DNA of 64,000 nt, from contig JASNYQ010000001.1 in the NCBI GenBank assembly GCA_048500095.1, positions 1,182,696 to 1,246,695 on the forward strand, given 5' to 3'. This DNA comes from Thermoanaerobaculia bacterium (GTDB lineage Bacteria; Acidobacteriota; Thermoanaerobaculia; Multivoradales; JAGPDF01). Below, piece after piece: positions 47,169 through 59,022 of this stretch; position 1 is the stretch's first letter; each line of letters begins with the position of its first letter. Under the pieces are notes generated by a model. That model was not told the origin of the DNA and did no database searches. It was given only the letters and a program-made list of their open reading frames with translations. The translations under genes and the position numbers were made by a program.

Positions 47169-47402
47169 GACGATCCCTGCCCTTTCAGAACGGCACGCTA
47201 GGCCGCCCGGTTTCCCCGCGCACGTGCCCCCCGCCGGGGTTCGCGGGCGCCCCGGCTCCGCGGGGCCCGGCGCTCCGCGGCCGTCCCGCGGGGAGGCTCC
47301 CCGCCCACGCCCCCGGATCCCGCGGGCCCCTCCGCTGACGCGCCACCCGCTGCGCCGGCGCGCCCGCGAACCCCGCCCCCGGCGAACACCCGCTCCACCG
47401 CC

Positions 47403-49007
47403 TCAGCTCGCGGGGCGAGTCTGATCGAGACGCGCCAGCGCGCGGTCGATCCGCGCGAGCACCCGCTCGCGGCCGAGAATGGAAAGGAGGTCGAAGAGGC
47501 CGAAGCCGACCGCCTTGCCGGAGACGGCCACGCGCACCGCGTGGACGATGGCGCCGAGGCCGAGACCGCGCGCGGCGACGAAGTCGCCGCAGAGCGCCTC
47601 GAGCTCAGGCGCCGCGAAGCCCGGGGCGGCGGCGAGCGCGGCGCGCAGCTCGGCGAGGAGCGCCGGCGCTCCGGCCGCATGGCGCAGCCGCTTGTCGAAC
47701 GCCTTCTCGTCGCAGGCGAGCGCCTCGTCGGCGACGAAGAGCTCCTCGTAGTCGAGGATGTCGCCGGCCACCTTGAGCCGCTCGGCCGCCGCCTCCACCA
47801 CCGCGCGCACGGTCGCGCGCTCCGCATCGGACGGCGGCGAGGCGATCCAGCCGGCGCGCTCGAGGAACGGGAGCGCGAGCGCGGTGCGCTCCTCGGCGGG
47901 GAGCGCCTGCATGTAGCGCTCCTGGAACGAGAGGAGCTTGGCCGGGTCGAAGCTCGCCGGGGCGCGGTTCACGCGGTCGAGGGTGAAGACGGCGATCCGC
48001 TCCTCGGCGGCGAGGATCTCGGTCTTGTCGTCGAGCGACCAGCCGAGCAGCAGCAGGTAGTTCAGGATCGCGTCCGGCAGGAAGCCGCTCTCGCGGTAGA
48101 AGTCGACGATCACCGGGTTGAAGGTGTCGGCCGCGACATGGTGGCCGAGCCGCTCGGCGATCCGCCGCCCGCGCTCGAAGAGGCCGGCGAACTCCGGGTT
48201 CTTCAGGTACTTGTCGAGCTTGCGCTTGGAGAGCTTGACGCGGCTGCCGGGCTCGGCGACCACCGGCAGGTGCGCGAGCACCGGCGGCTCGGCGCCGAGC
48301 GCGCGCCAGATGAAGACCTGCCGCGGGGTGTTGGAGAGGTGCTCCTCGGCGCGGATCACGTGGCTGATCCGCATCTCGATGTCGTCGACCACGCTCGCGA
48401 GGTGGTAGAGGCAGCTGCCGTCGGCGCGCTGGACGACGTGGTCGGCCTCGGCCGCCCAGTCGGTCACCACCTCGCCCCGCACCAGGTCGTCGAGCCGGCA
48501 CTGGCCCTCGCGCGGCATCTTCAGGCGCACGACGAAGCCGCGCCCCTCGGCCTCGAAGCGCGCCCGGTCGGCCTCCGTCTCGGCCGCCCAGCGGCGGCTC
48601 GCCACGTACGGCTCCTTCGCCGCCTCGGCCACCCCCCGCTCGGCCTGGATCTCCTCGGGGCGCGCGTAGTCGCGGTAGGCGAAGCCCCCGGCCAGCAGCC
48701 GCTCGACCGCCGCCTGGTAGCGCGGCAGGCGCTCGGACTGGTAGTAGGGGCCGTACTCGCCGCCGACGTCCGGCCCCTCGTCCCAGTCGAGGCCGAGCCA
48801 GCGGAAGCCGTCGAGGATCGGGGCGAGGGCCTCGGCGACGTTGCGCTGGGCGTCGGTGTCGTCGACCCGCAGCACGAAGCGCCCGCCGTGGCGGCGGGCG
48901 AAGAGCCAGTTGAAGAGGGCGGTGCGGACACCGCCGATGTGCAGGTAGCCGGTCGGCGAGGGGGCGAACCGGACCCGCACCGGGGCGGCCGGAGTGGGAT
49001 CGCTCAT
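47403..49007 (-). CDS. gltX: glutamyl-tRNA synthetase
   Basis: [18 protein letters not shown] and KLSKR motifs. Confidence 0.9.
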   Translation of the reverse strand: MSDPTPAAPVRVRFAPSPTGYLHIGGVRTALFNWLFARRHGGRFVLRVDDTDAQRNVAEALAPILDGFRWLGLDWDEGPDVGGEYGPYYQSERLPRYQAAVERLLAGGFAYRDYARPEEIQAERGVAEAAKEPYVASRRWAAETEADRARFEAEGRGFVVRLKMPREGQCRLDDLVRGEVVTDWAAEADHVVQRADGSCLYHLASVVDDIEMRISHVIRAEEHLSNTPRQVFIWRALGAEPPVLAHLPVVAEPGSRVKLSKRKLDKYLKNPEFAGLFERGRRIAERLGHHVAADTFNPVIVDFYRESGFLPDAILNYLLLLGWSLDDKTEILAAEERIAVFTLDRVNRAPASFDPAKLLSFQERYMQALPAEERTALALPFLERAGWIASPPSDAERATVRAVVEAAAERLKVAGDILDYEELFVADEALACDEKAFDKRLRHAAGAPALLAELRAALAAAPGFAAPELEALCGDFVAARGLGLGAIVHAVRVAVSGKAVGFGLFDLLSILGRERVLARIDRALARLDQTRPAS

Positions 49008-49167
49008 CGCCGGCGATCCTATCGGCTGGCCGCGCGCTCCGTCGAACCGGGGTCGAACCCGGCGGTCGAACCCGCGGCAGGGGCGGGGCTATACTCTCTC
49101 CAGAGCACGCTCGACGGCGCCCGTCGCCGGCCCATCCCGACCCGCACCGCGCCCGGAGGAGGCCGCC

Positions 49168-50088
49168 ATGACCGACCAGCCGCCCGTCCCCGCCACCCCC
49201 CGCGTCTTCGTCGCGGGCACCGACTTCTCTCCCGCCGCCGCCACCGCCCAGCGCTGGGCCGAGCACCTGGCGCGGGCGCGGGGCGCGGAGCTCCACCTGG
49301 TCCACGCGCTGCGCATCTACGGGCCGCCGACCGACTTCCTGGTCTCGCCGCCCGACTACACCGAGGAGCTCCAGTCGCGCGCCGTGGCCCGGCTCGACGA
49401 GGCCGTGGACCGGGCGCGCGCGGGGGGCGCCGACGCGCGGGCGGCGTTCCGGCTCGGCGATCCGCACCGCGCGCTGCTCGAGGCGGCCGAGGAGCTCGGC
49501 GCCGACCTCCTGGTGGTCGGCACCCGCGGATCGAGCGGGCTCGAGCACTTCCTGCTCGGCTCGACCGCCGAGCGGGTGATCGAGCGCGCCGGCTGCCCGG
49601 TGCTCACCGTCCACCCCGACCAGGAGCCGCCGGCCGGGCCGGTCGCCCACCTGCTCGTGCCCACGGACTTCTCCGACGACGCCGAGATGGCGGTGGCGGC
49701 GGCGCTGGAGCTCGTCGCCCCGGGCGGCCGCGAGCTGCGCCTGACGCTCCTCCACGCCTACTACCTGCCGATCGAGTACACCGCCTACGGCACGATCCCC
49801 ACCTCGCCGCGCTACCTCGAGGACGTCGCCGGGGCGGCGGAGGGGCGCTTGAAGGAGGTGGCCGAGCGGCTCGCGCGGCCCGGGCTCACGGTCGAGACGC
49901 GGGCCACCGAGGGGTTCCCGCCGGAGGCGGTGCTGACGGCGGCCCGGGAGCTCGGCGTCGACCTGATCGCGATGGGGACGCGCGGCCGCACCGGGCTCGA
50001 GCACCTCCTCCTCGGCTCGACCGCCGAGCGCGTGGTGCAGCGCGCCCCCTGCCCGGTGCTCACCGTCCGCCGCCCGCGCGGCGACTGA
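49168..50088 (+). CDS. tandem universal stress protein (UspA) domain protein
   Basis: Two UspA modules each ending VVGTRG..GLEH.LLGSTAERV.. GGAGGA RBS. Confidence 0.8.
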   Translation: MTDQPPVPATPRVFVAGTDFSPAAATAQRWAEHLARARGAELHLVHALRIYGPPTDFLVSPPDYTEELQSRAVARLDEAVDRARAGGADARAAFRLGDPHRALLEAAEELGADLLVVGTRGSSGLEHFLLGSTAERVIERAGCPVLTVHPDQEPPAGPVAHLLVPTDFSDDAEMAVAAALELVAPGGRELRLTLLHAYYLPIEYTAYGTIPTSPRYLEDVAGAAEGRLKEVAERLARPGLTVETRATEGFPPEAVLTAARELGVDLIAMGTRGRTGLEHLLLGSTAERVVQRAPCPVLTVRRPRGD

Positions 50089-50103
50089 GAGACGCGCCCC
50101 GGC

Positions 50104-50760
50104 TCAGCCGGGGAGGCCCAGGCCGGCCGGACAGGCGACCCCGGTGCCGCCGAGGCCGCAGTAGCCGCCGGGGTTCTTCGCCAGGTACTGCTGGTGGTAC
50201 GCCTCGGCGTAGTAGAACGGAAGCGCCGGGGCCCCGATCTCGGTGGTGACCGGCCCGAAGCCGGCCGCCGCGAGCGCCTCGGCGTACGCCGCGCGCGACG
50301 CCTCGGCGACAGCCCGCTGCGCCTCGTCGAAGCAGTAGACCGCCGAGCGGTACTGCGTGCCGACGTCGTTGCCCTGGCGCATCCCCTGGGTCGGGTCGTG
50401 GCTCTCCCAGAAGAGGCGGAGCAGCCGCTCGTAGGTCACCTTCCCGGGATCGAAGACCACGAGGACGGCCTCGGCGTGCCCCGTCCGGCCGCTGCAGACC
50501 TCCTCGTAGGTGGGGTTCGGGGTGAAGCCGCCCGCGTAGCCCACCGCGGTCGAGTAGACCCCCGGCTCCTGCCAGAGCTTCCGCTCCGCCCCCCAGAAGC
50601 AGCCGAGCGCGAAGAGCGCCCGCGCCATCCCCTCCGGGAACGGCGGCACGATCCGCGCCCCGGTCACGAAGTGCGTCTCCGGCACCGGCATCGCCTCGGC
50701 CCGCCCCGGCAGCGCCCGGTCGGGCGCCACCATCTCGACCTTCCCCCACGCCAGCTTCAT
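50104..50760 (-). CDS. msrA: peptide methionine sulfoxide reductase MsrA
   Basis: GCFWG active site. ATG at 50760 within a longer ORF. Confidence 0.85.
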   Translation of the reverse strand: MKLAWGKVEMVAPDRALPGRAEAMPVPETHFVTGARIVPPFPEGMARALFALGCFWGAERKLWQEPGVYSTAVGYAGGFTPNPTYEEVCSGRTGHAEAVLVVFDPGKVTYERLLRLFWESHDPTQGMRQGNDVGTQYRSAVYCFDEAQRAVAEASRAAYAEALAAAGFGPVTTEIGAPALPFYYAEAYHQQYLAKNPGGYCGLGGTGVACPAGLGLPG

Positions 50761-50884
50761 CCCCGTCGCCTCCTCGCCGGGCTCTCGCGGCCCATTTACT
50801 CTACGCAAAGCCCGGGCTGGGGGGATGGGCAGGAAGGTGGGCCATCTCCGCGTAGCGGCCGCCGCCCCTGGCGGCCGGCCTTGC

Positions 50885-51210
50885 GAACGCAGGCTGCCAG
50901 GTGCCAGGCGACTTGTAGGCGATCTGCCCCGGCCACCAGTAGGGGCGCGTCGCGACGCGCCCCCACAGCAGACGAGACGGCGAAGACAGGGGAGATCTGC
51001 ACCCGGCGGCAGGGTGCCGGCAGGGTGCCAGGCGACTTGCGGGCCGCGGCAGGGTGGCGACTTGTGGCAGCCACGTGCCGGGCGACTCGGGCGATCTACC
51101 CTGGCCACCGCAGGGGTGCGTCGCGACGCGCCCCTACAGCAGGCAAAACGGCGAAGACGGGGCGCAACGTGCCGCAAGGTGCCAGGCGACTTGCGGGCGC
51201 TGCCGGGGCG
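50885..51210. repeat. cluster of at least five REP-like copies (e.g. CAGGTGCCAGGCGACTTGTAGG, CAGGGTGCCAGGCGACTTGCGGG, AAGGTGCCAGGCGACTTGCGGG)
   Basis: Read directly. Intergenic, between msrA and the glycosyltransferase. Confidence 0.8.
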
Positions 51211-51254
51211 CTAGACTGCCGCGCGGGCGCGGTTCGCCCTGAAGAGGAGCCCCC

Positions 51255-52340
51255 CTGCCCACCCGCATCGCCGCCTTCGTCTCGCCGCACGGCTTCGGGC
51301 ACGCGGCGCGCGCCGCGGCGGTGCTCTCGGCGCTCGCCGGGCGGGTGCCGGGGCTCGAGGCCGAGCTCTTCACCACCGTCCCGGCGTGGTTCTTCGCCGA
51401 GTCGCTTCCCAGCCCGTTCGTCTGCCACGCGGTCGTCTCCGACGTCGGTCTCGTGCAGAGGAGCGCCGTCGACGAGGACCCCGCGGCCACCCGCGAGCGC
51501 TTGGCGGCCTTCTGGCCCCCGGCGCCGGCGGAGGTCGCCCGGCTCGCCGAGCTCCTCCTCGCGCGCGGCTGCCGGGCGGTGCTCTCGGACATTTCGCCGC
51601 TCGGCCTCGTCGTGGCCGCGGCGGCAGGGCTACCCTCCCTGCTGGTCGAGAGCTTCACCTGGGACTGGATCTACGCCGACTACCTCGCCGAGGAGCCGGG
51701 CCTCGCCCCGTTCGCCGAGGCGTTCGCGGCGCTCTACGCCGCGGCTCCCCGGCGCCTGCGCGCCGAGCCGTTCTGCGGCGACGCGCCGGGCCAGCCCGTT
51801 TCGCCGATCGCGCGCCCGACCCGCAGCACCCCCGCGGCCACCCGCGAGCGGCTCGGGATCGCCCCGGAGCGGGCGATGGTGCTGGTCTCGATGGGCGGCG
51901 TCCCCTGGCGCTTCGGCGACCTCGCCGCTTGGCGCCGGCTGCCGGAGGTCGATTTCGTGATCCCGGGCGGCGCCGAGGAGGAGCGCCGCCACGGCAATCT
52001 GCTCCTGCTCCCGCACCACACCCCCGTCTACCACCCCGACCTCGTCGCCGCCGCCGACCTCGTGGTGGGCAAGCTCGGCTATTCGACCGTCGCCGAGGCG
52101 GCGCGCGCCGGGTGCCGATTCGCCTATGTGCCGCGCCCTCGATTCCGCGAGTCGGAGGTGCTGGCCGCCTGGGTCGAGGCCCGCCTGCCGGCCCTCCGGC
52201 TCGCCCCGGATGCGCTCGCGGACGACGGCTGGCTCGCCCTCCTCCCGGAGCTCCTGGCCCGCCCGCGCCCCGAAACGACACCGGCCCGCGGCGCCGAGCA
52301 GGTGGCCGCGGTCCTGGCGGAGCTCCTCGGGCCGGACTGA
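51255..52340 (+). CDS. GT1-family (MGT/UGT-like) glycosyltransferase
   Basis: N-terminal AAFVSPHGFGHAARAAAV motif lies upstream of the first ATG (51321). The frame opens at 51243, so the start is probably non-ATG (CTG 51255 after GAGGAG) and is uncertain. Confidence 0.55.
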   Translation: MPTRIAAFVSPHGFGHAARAAAVLSALAGRVPGLEAELFTTVPAWFFAESLPSPFVCHAVVSDVGLVQRSAVDEDPAATRERLAAFWPPAPAEVARLAELLLARGCRAVLSDISPLGLVVAAAAGLPSLLVESFTWDWIYADYLAEEPGLAPFAEAFAALYAAAPRRLRAEPFCGDAPGQPVSPIARPTRSTPAATRERLGIAPERAMVLVSMGGVPWRFGDLAAWRRLPEVDFVIPGGAEEERRHGNLLLLPHHTPVYHPDLVAAADLVVGKLGYSTVAEAARAGCRFAYVPRPRFRESEVLAAWVEARLPALRLAPDALADDGWLALLPELLARPRPETTPARGAEQVAAVLAELLGPD

Positions 52341-52356
52341 TCCGCCCGACGCCGCC

Positions 52357-54162
52357 TCAGAGCGGTGTCACGAGCGGCAGCAGGGCGAGCAGGGCGAGGA
52401 AGCAGACCGCGAGCACCCCGATGCCGACCCGCGCGTAATCGCGCGGCGTATAGCCGCCGGAGGCCATGACCAGCAGGTTGACCGGGTGGGAGATCGGGGT
52501 GAGGAAGGCCGCCGAGCAGCCGATCGCCACCACCACCGCGAGGGTCGGCGGGTTGAGCCCCACCGCCTGCGCGGTGGTCACCGCGATCGGGCCGACGATG
52601 AGGGCGGCGACCTGCCCCCCGACCGCCTGCGTGAGCCCCACCGCGATCAGGTAGAGGACCGCCGCGAAGCCGATCGGTCCGACCGCGCCGACCGCGCCCC
52701 CCAGGCCGCCGGCGAGGTTGACGGCGAGCCCGGTCGCGACGAGCGCGGTACCGAGCGGCATGAGACCCGCGATGATCAGGAGCGTCCGCCACTCGATCGC
52801 GCGGTACGCCTCGTCCATCCCCAGACAGCCGGTGAGGACGAGCAGCGCCGCGCCCGAGAGCATCGCCTCGCCGATCGGCACCCGCCCGCTCGCCGAGAGG
52901 AGCAGCACCGCCAGGGTGAGGAAGGCCGCCACGAGGCCCTTCCTGCCGAGCTCGACCGGCGGCGCCTCGCCGCTGTGAAGCACGATGAGCCCGGGCTCCT
53001 TCGCCAGCACGCCGGCCGGCCCGGCGGCGCCGACCATGAGCAGCGCGTCGCCCGGCTGCAGGACGAAGTCGCCGACGTCGGTGCGGAAGCTGCGCCCGCC
53101 GCGCCAGAGCGCGAGCGCGGTCATCCCGAACTTCTGCCGGAAGCGCAGCTCCTTGAGCGTCTGCCCGACCGCGTTCGCGCGCGGGCCGACCACGACCTCG
53201 GTCAGCCGCACCGGCAGCCGCACGCCGGCCAGCCCCTGCCCCTCCTCGCCGCGGCCGACCACCGTCCCCTCGAGCTCGAGCTGGCGCACCCGCTCCTCGC
53301 GCCCGAGCACCAGCAGGATGTCGCCCGCCTCGAGGCGCTCGGCGGGATCGGGGGGAAGGCGCGCCTCGCGCTCGCGCAGGAGCGCCACCACCGTGACCCC
53401 GAGCCGGGTGCCGATCACCGAGGTCGCCAGCGGCTGGCCGACCAGCGGCGAGTCGGGCAGGAGGCGCACCTCCCAGAGCCGCTCGACCAGCCGGTAGGTG
53501 GCCGCGAGGTCGGGGCGCGCGAGCGCCGCGCCGACCAGCGAGTCGCGCTCGGGCAGCAGCCGCGGGCCGGCGACGAGGAGGAAGACGAGGCCGGCCACCG
53601 CCATGCCGCCGCCGAGCGGGAGGAAGTCGAGCAGCGTGAGCGAGCGCTCCCCCTGCGCCTCGAGGCTCCCGCTCACGATCAGGTTCGCGGAGGTGAAGAG
53701 GGTCGCGCCACCGCCGAGCGAGGTGCCGAAGGCGAGCGGCAGCAGCAGCCGCGACTCGCGCACGCCGCCCAGGCGCGCGGCGCCCACCGCCGCCGGCAGC
53801 AGGATCGCCGCCGCCGCGATGTTGTTCATCGCGAGCGAGAGCAGCGCCCCGCTCACCGTGAAGAGGAAGACCATCCGCCGCTCGCTGCCGCGGCTCGCGC
53901 GCGCCAGCCGCTCGGCGACCCAGGCCACGACGCCGGTGCGCTCGAGCGCCGCGGTGATCACGAAGAGCGCCCCGATGGTGATCACCACCGGGCTCGCGAA
54001 GCCGGCGACCGTCTCCTCCGGCGCGAGCAGCTCGAAGAAGCCGAGCCCGACCATGACCAGGAGCGCCACCAGGTCGGCGCGCACCCGCTGGCTCAGGAGC
54101 GCCACGAGCGCCGCGGCGAGGATGGCGAGGAGCAGCAGCTCCTGGGGGGCGAGGTCGGGCAT
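52357..54162 (-). CDS. SLC13/DASS-family permease with two internal TrkA-C (RCK_C) domains
   Basis: Two TM-bundle halves separated by two ~80-aa soluble TrkA-C-like domains. ATG at 54162 is internal to the ORF. Confidence 0.65.
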   Translation of the reverse strand: MPDLAPQELLLLAILAAALVALLSQRVRADLVALLVMVGLGFFELLAPEETVAGFASPVVITIGALFVITAALERTGVVAWVAERLARASRGSERRMVFLFTVSGALLSLAMNNIAAAAILLPAAVGAARLGGVRESRLLLPLAFGTSLGGGATLFTSANLIVSGSLEAQGERSLTLLDFLPLGGGMAVAGLVFLLVAGPRLLPERDSLVGAALARPDLAATYRLVERLWEVRLLPDSPLVGQPLATSVIGTRLGVTVVALLREREARLPPDPAERLEAGDILLVLGREERVRQLELEGTVVGRGEEGQGLAGVRLPVRLTEVVVGPRANAVGQTLKELRFRQKFGMTALALWRGGRSFRTDVGDFVLQPGDALLMVGAAGPAGVLAKEPGLIVLHSGEAPPVELGRKGLVAAFLTLAVLLLSASGRVPIGEAMLSGAALLVLTGCLGMDEAYRAIEWRTLLIIAGLMPLGTALVATGLAVNLAGGLGGAVGAVGPIGFAAVLYLIAVGLTQAVGGQVAALIVGPIAVTTAQAVGLNPPTLAVVVAIGCSAAFLTPISHPVNLLVMASGGYTPRDYARVGIGVLAVCFLALLALLPLVTPL

Positions 54163-54446
54163 CGCGGGGCCGTAATCTCTGATTCTAGCGGCCTCGCGCC
54201 GCGGCCTCCGCCGGCCGCCCTTGCCAGATCGCCCCGGATCTGCCATCCTCCGCCCGCCATCGACCCCCACGCCTCCGCGGCGCGCGGTTCGAGCCACAGA
54301 GCGGGCCTCCCCCCGGGGAGCGCCCAGCGGCGGCCCGGCCGGCACGGCCCTCCGTATCTCGCAGTCCCCGAATTCCCGCCGGAACCAGCGAGCGCACCCC
54401 GCTCCGCGCGAGCGGACCGCGCTCAGAAAGCAGACGTGTACCCCTG

Positions 54447-55832
<1,386 letters not shown>

Positions 55833-55842
55833 CCCGAACCGC

Positions 55843-56931
55843 TCAGAGGTCTGGCGTCGCCCCGCGCCGCGGCAGGCGGCGCCAGGCCTCGACCGCGCCC
55901 GCGAGGGGGATCTCCTCGAGGCGGTTGACGCGGTGCCAGGTCACCGGATCGCCGGGCCAGCGCGCCGGCGGAAGGGCGGCCACCACCTCCACCGGCGCGG
56001 CGCCGCGGGGCGCCACCCGGCGCGGGTCCGCGCGACCGAAGAGCACCACCTGCGGGCAGCCCATCGCGGCGGCGACGTGCGTCGGGCCGCTGTCGATCCC
56101 GACCGCGGCGTCGGCGAGCGAGAGCACCGCGGCGAGGCGGCGCAGTGGCAGCTCGCCGGCCGCGGGGAGAACCCGCCGGTCGGCGACGGCGGCGGCGATG
56201 GCGGCGATCTCCTCCCGCTCGGCGGCGACCCCCGAGAGCACGACCCGCGCCTCGGGCCGCTCTCCGAGCACCTCCCGCAGCAGTCCCACCCAGCGCTCGA
56301 CCGGCCACCGCCCGCGGTTCACGCGGCGGCTGAGCGGGTGGGCGAGGGTCACCGCGGTCCCGCCGAGCCCTCGCTCGGCGAGCCACGCCAGGCCGTCGCG
56401 CCGCTCGGCCTCGCCGAGCGCGAGGCGCGGCAGCGCGGCCACCGGCGGCGCCGGCGCGCCGAACCGGACGGCCGCGGCCGCGGCCGTCCGCGCGAGGAAG
56501 TCCACCGTGTGCTCGAGCTCGCCGCGGCCGAGGGCCTCGGCCTCGAGCAGCTCCGAAGGGGGCACGCCACCGCGGGCGAGAAGCCACCGCAGCTTCGGCC
56601 GCGCTTCCGCGACGGGCTCCACCAGCGCGGCGAGGGATCGCCCCCGGGCGCGCAACCAGGCGACCAGCCGCCGCTGGTCCGGCGCCAGCAGGTAGGGGCG
56701 CCGCCGCCCGGCGACGACCCGGATCTCCCCCACCGAGTCGAGCCCGGAGAGGAGCGTCGCCGCCTGGGCCTGCCCGGTCACCAGATCGCACGGCCGGCCG
56801 GCCAGCCGCGCCAGGGCGTCGAGGAGCACGGTGAGCTGCACGAGGTCGCCGAGCGACCCGAAGCGGACGACGAGGGGAGGACCGCTCTGCGGCGCGCGGG
56901 ACTCGGCGGGGACCGGGCCTCGCGCCTCCAT
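55843..56931 (-). CDS. GT9-family glycosyltransferase (heptosyltransferase-like)
   Basis: GIDSGPTHVAAAMGCPQVVLFG motif. Confidence 0.7.
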   Translation of the reverse strand: MEARGPVPAESRAPQSGPPLVVRFGSLGDLVQLTVLLDALARLAGRPCDLVTGQAQAATLLSGLDSVGEIRVVAGRRRPYLLAPDQRRLVAWLRARGRSLAALVEPVAEARPKLRWLLARGGVPPSELLEAEALGRGELEHTVDFLARTAAAAAVRFGAPAPPVAALPRLALGEAERRDGLAWLAERGLGGTAVTLAHPLSRRVNRGRWPVERWVGLLREVLGERPEARVVLSGVAAEREEIAAIAAAVADRRVLPAAGELPLRRLAAVLSLADAAVGIDSGPTHVAAAMGCPQVVLFGRADPRRVAPRGAAPVEVVAALPPARWPGDPVTWHRVNRLEEIPLAGAVEAWRRLPRRGATPDL

Positions 56932-59000
56932 CACCAGGCGAGCAGCTCGCGCGCGGCGTTGAGGACCCGGTGGGCGCTCGGCAGGAGCTCCTGCTCGAGG
57001 CTCCGCGCGTAGGGGACCGGGCGGTCGGGGTAGGCGACCCGGCGCACCGGGGCGTCGAGGAAGGCGAAGGCGGCGTCGGCGATCCGCGCCGCCACTTCGC
57101 CGCCGAAGCCGCCGGTCTGCTGCGCCTCGTGCACCACCAGCACGCGCCCGGTCCTGCGCACCGAGGCGAGCACCGTCTCCTCGTCGAACGGCACCAGGGT
57201 GCGCAGGTCGACGACCTCGGCCCGCACCCCCTCCTTGGCGAGCTCCTCCGCGGCGGCGACCGCGGTCCAGGTGGAGGCGCCGTAGCCGACGAGGGTCAGG
57301 TCGCTCCCCTCGCGCAGCACCTTCGCCACCCCCAGCGGCTCGCAGAGGTCCCCCGCCGGCAGCTCGTCGCGGATGCGCCGGTAGAGGAACTTGTGCTCGC
57401 AGAAGATCACCGGGTTCGGGTCGCGGATCGCCGCCTTGAGCAACCCCTTGGCGTCCCGGGCGGTGGCCGGGCAGACCACCTTGAGGCCGGCCACGTGCGT
57501 GAACCAGGCCTCCGGATTCTGGGAGTGGAACGGCCCGGCGCCCACCCCGCCGCCGGAGGGGAGGCGCACCACCACCGGGCAGGGGAGCTGCCAGCGGTAG
57601 TAGAGCTTCGCCAGCACGTTGACGATCTGGTTGAAGCCGCAGGTGACGAAGTCCGCGAACTGCATCTCGACCACTGGCCGGAAGCCGAGGAGAGCGGCGC
57701 CGGCGGCGATCCCGAGCGCCCCGCTCTCGGCGATCGGGGTGTCGAGCACCCGCTCGGGCCAGCGCTGCCAGAGGCCCCGGGTGACGCGGAACGCCCCCTC
57801 GAAGCGGCCGATGTCCTGCCCCATCAGGATCACCTGGGGGTCGCGCTCCATCTCCTCGACGAGCGCCTGGTGGATGGCGTCGACGTAGCTCGTCCGGTCC
57901 CCGGGCCGGCCGGAAGGCACGGGCGGCGGCGGGGGCGGCGGCAGCTCCGGCGCCGGCGCCAGCGCCGGCCGCCACGCCGTCTCGCGCGCCGGCTCGTGCG
58001 CGGCGAGCGCCCCGTCGAGGGCCCGTTCGACGAGCTCGGCGATCCGCGCGTCGATGCCGGCCCGGCGCTCGGCGTCGAGCAGGCCGGCCGCCTCGAGCTG
58101 TCGCGCGTAGCCCGGCACCGGGTCCTCGGCGACGTAGCGCCGGTGCTCCTCGGAGGGGACGACCTTGAGCGAGTCGTCCCCCTCCGAATGGCCGCGCATG
58201 CGGCCGATCATCGCCTCGATGAGCGTCGGTCCCCAGCCCTCGCGGGCGCGGGCGAAGGCGCGCGCGTAGGCCGCGGCCATCGCGTCCGGGTCGTTGCCGT
58301 CCACGTTGACCGCCGCCACCCCGTAGCCGGGGCCGCGATCGGAGAGCCGCTCGGCCGCGAACTGCATGTAGGCCGGGGTGGAGAAGGCGTAGCGGTTGTT
58401 CTCGACCACGAGCACCAGCGGCAGCTTCCAGACCGCGGCCATGTTCAGGCCCTCGTGGAAGTCGCCGGTCGAAGTCCCGCCCTCGCCGATGAAGGTGATC
58501 GCCACGCGGTCGGTCCCCGCGAGGCGGCGGGCCAGCGCGCAGCCGGCGGCGACCGGGATCATCGCTCCGAGGTGGCTGATCATGCCGGCGTGGAAGATGC
58601 CGTGCTCCGGGGCGAGCCAGCCGTAGTGGAACGAGCGCTCCACCCCTTGCGAGAAGCCCTCCCCCTTGCCGAGCAGCTGGCAGGCGAGGCGGTAGAGGAC
58701 GGCGTCCGGGTCGGGGCGGCGGCCGTCCGGCTCGCCGAAGCCGAGGTCGGGGAAGGTGCGCGCCGGGTCGAGGTAGCAGGCGAGGATCGCCCCGAGGTCG
58801 CGGTGGAGCGAGCAGAGGACGTCGCCCGCCTCGAGCGCCAGGCCCGCCGGCACCGTCACCCCCTCGTGGCCGATCTCGGAGTACCACTTCGAGATCCGGC
58901 CGGTGAGCAGCAGCGATTCGAAGCGCGCGTCGAGATCCCGCGCCAACTTCATGAAGGCGTAGCGCAGGACGCGGTCGCGCGGGGTCGGCGGAGGGGTCAC
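56931..59000 (-). CDS. TPP-dependent 2-oxoacid dehydrogenase E1 component, fused alpha/beta subunits
   Basis: TPP-binding GEGGTSTGDFHEGLN...VENNRYA in the N-terminal half. E1-beta-like transketolase C-terminal half. Confidence 0.8.
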   Translation of the reverse strand: MTPPPTPRDRVLRYAFMKLARDLDARFESLLLTGRISKWYSEIGHEGVTVPAGLALEAGDVLCSLHRDLGAILACYLDPARTFPDLGFGEPDGRRPDPDAVLYRLACQLLGKGEGFSQGVERSFHYGWLAPEHGIFHAGMISHLGAMIPVAAGCALARRLAGTDRVAITFIGEGGTSTGDFHEGLNMAAVWKLPLVLVVENNRYAFSTPAYMQFAAERLSDRGPGYGVAAVNVDGNDPDAMAAAYARAFARAREGWGPTLIEAMIGRMRGHSEGDDSLKVVPSEEHRRYVAEDPVPGYARQLEAAGLLDAERRAGIDARIAELVERALDGALAAHEPARETAWRPALAPAPELPPPPPPPVPSGRPGDRTSYVDAIHQALVEEMERDPQVILMGQDIGRFEGAFRVTRGLWQRWPERVLDTPIAESGALGIAAGAALLGFRPVVEMQFADFVTCGFNQIVNVLAKLYYRWQLPCPVVVRLPSGGGVGAGPFHSQNPEAWFTHVAGLKVVCPATARDAKGLLKAAIRDPNPVIFCEHKFLYRRIRDELPAGDLCEPLGVAKVLREGSDLTLVGYGASTWTAVAAAEELAKEGVRAEVVDLRTLVPFDEETVLASVRRTGRVLVVHEAQQTGGFGGEVAARIADAAFAFLDAPVRRVAYPDRPVPYARSLEQELLPSAHRVLNAARELLAW

Positions 59001-59022
59001 GGCGGGAGGGACGGGCGCGCGC

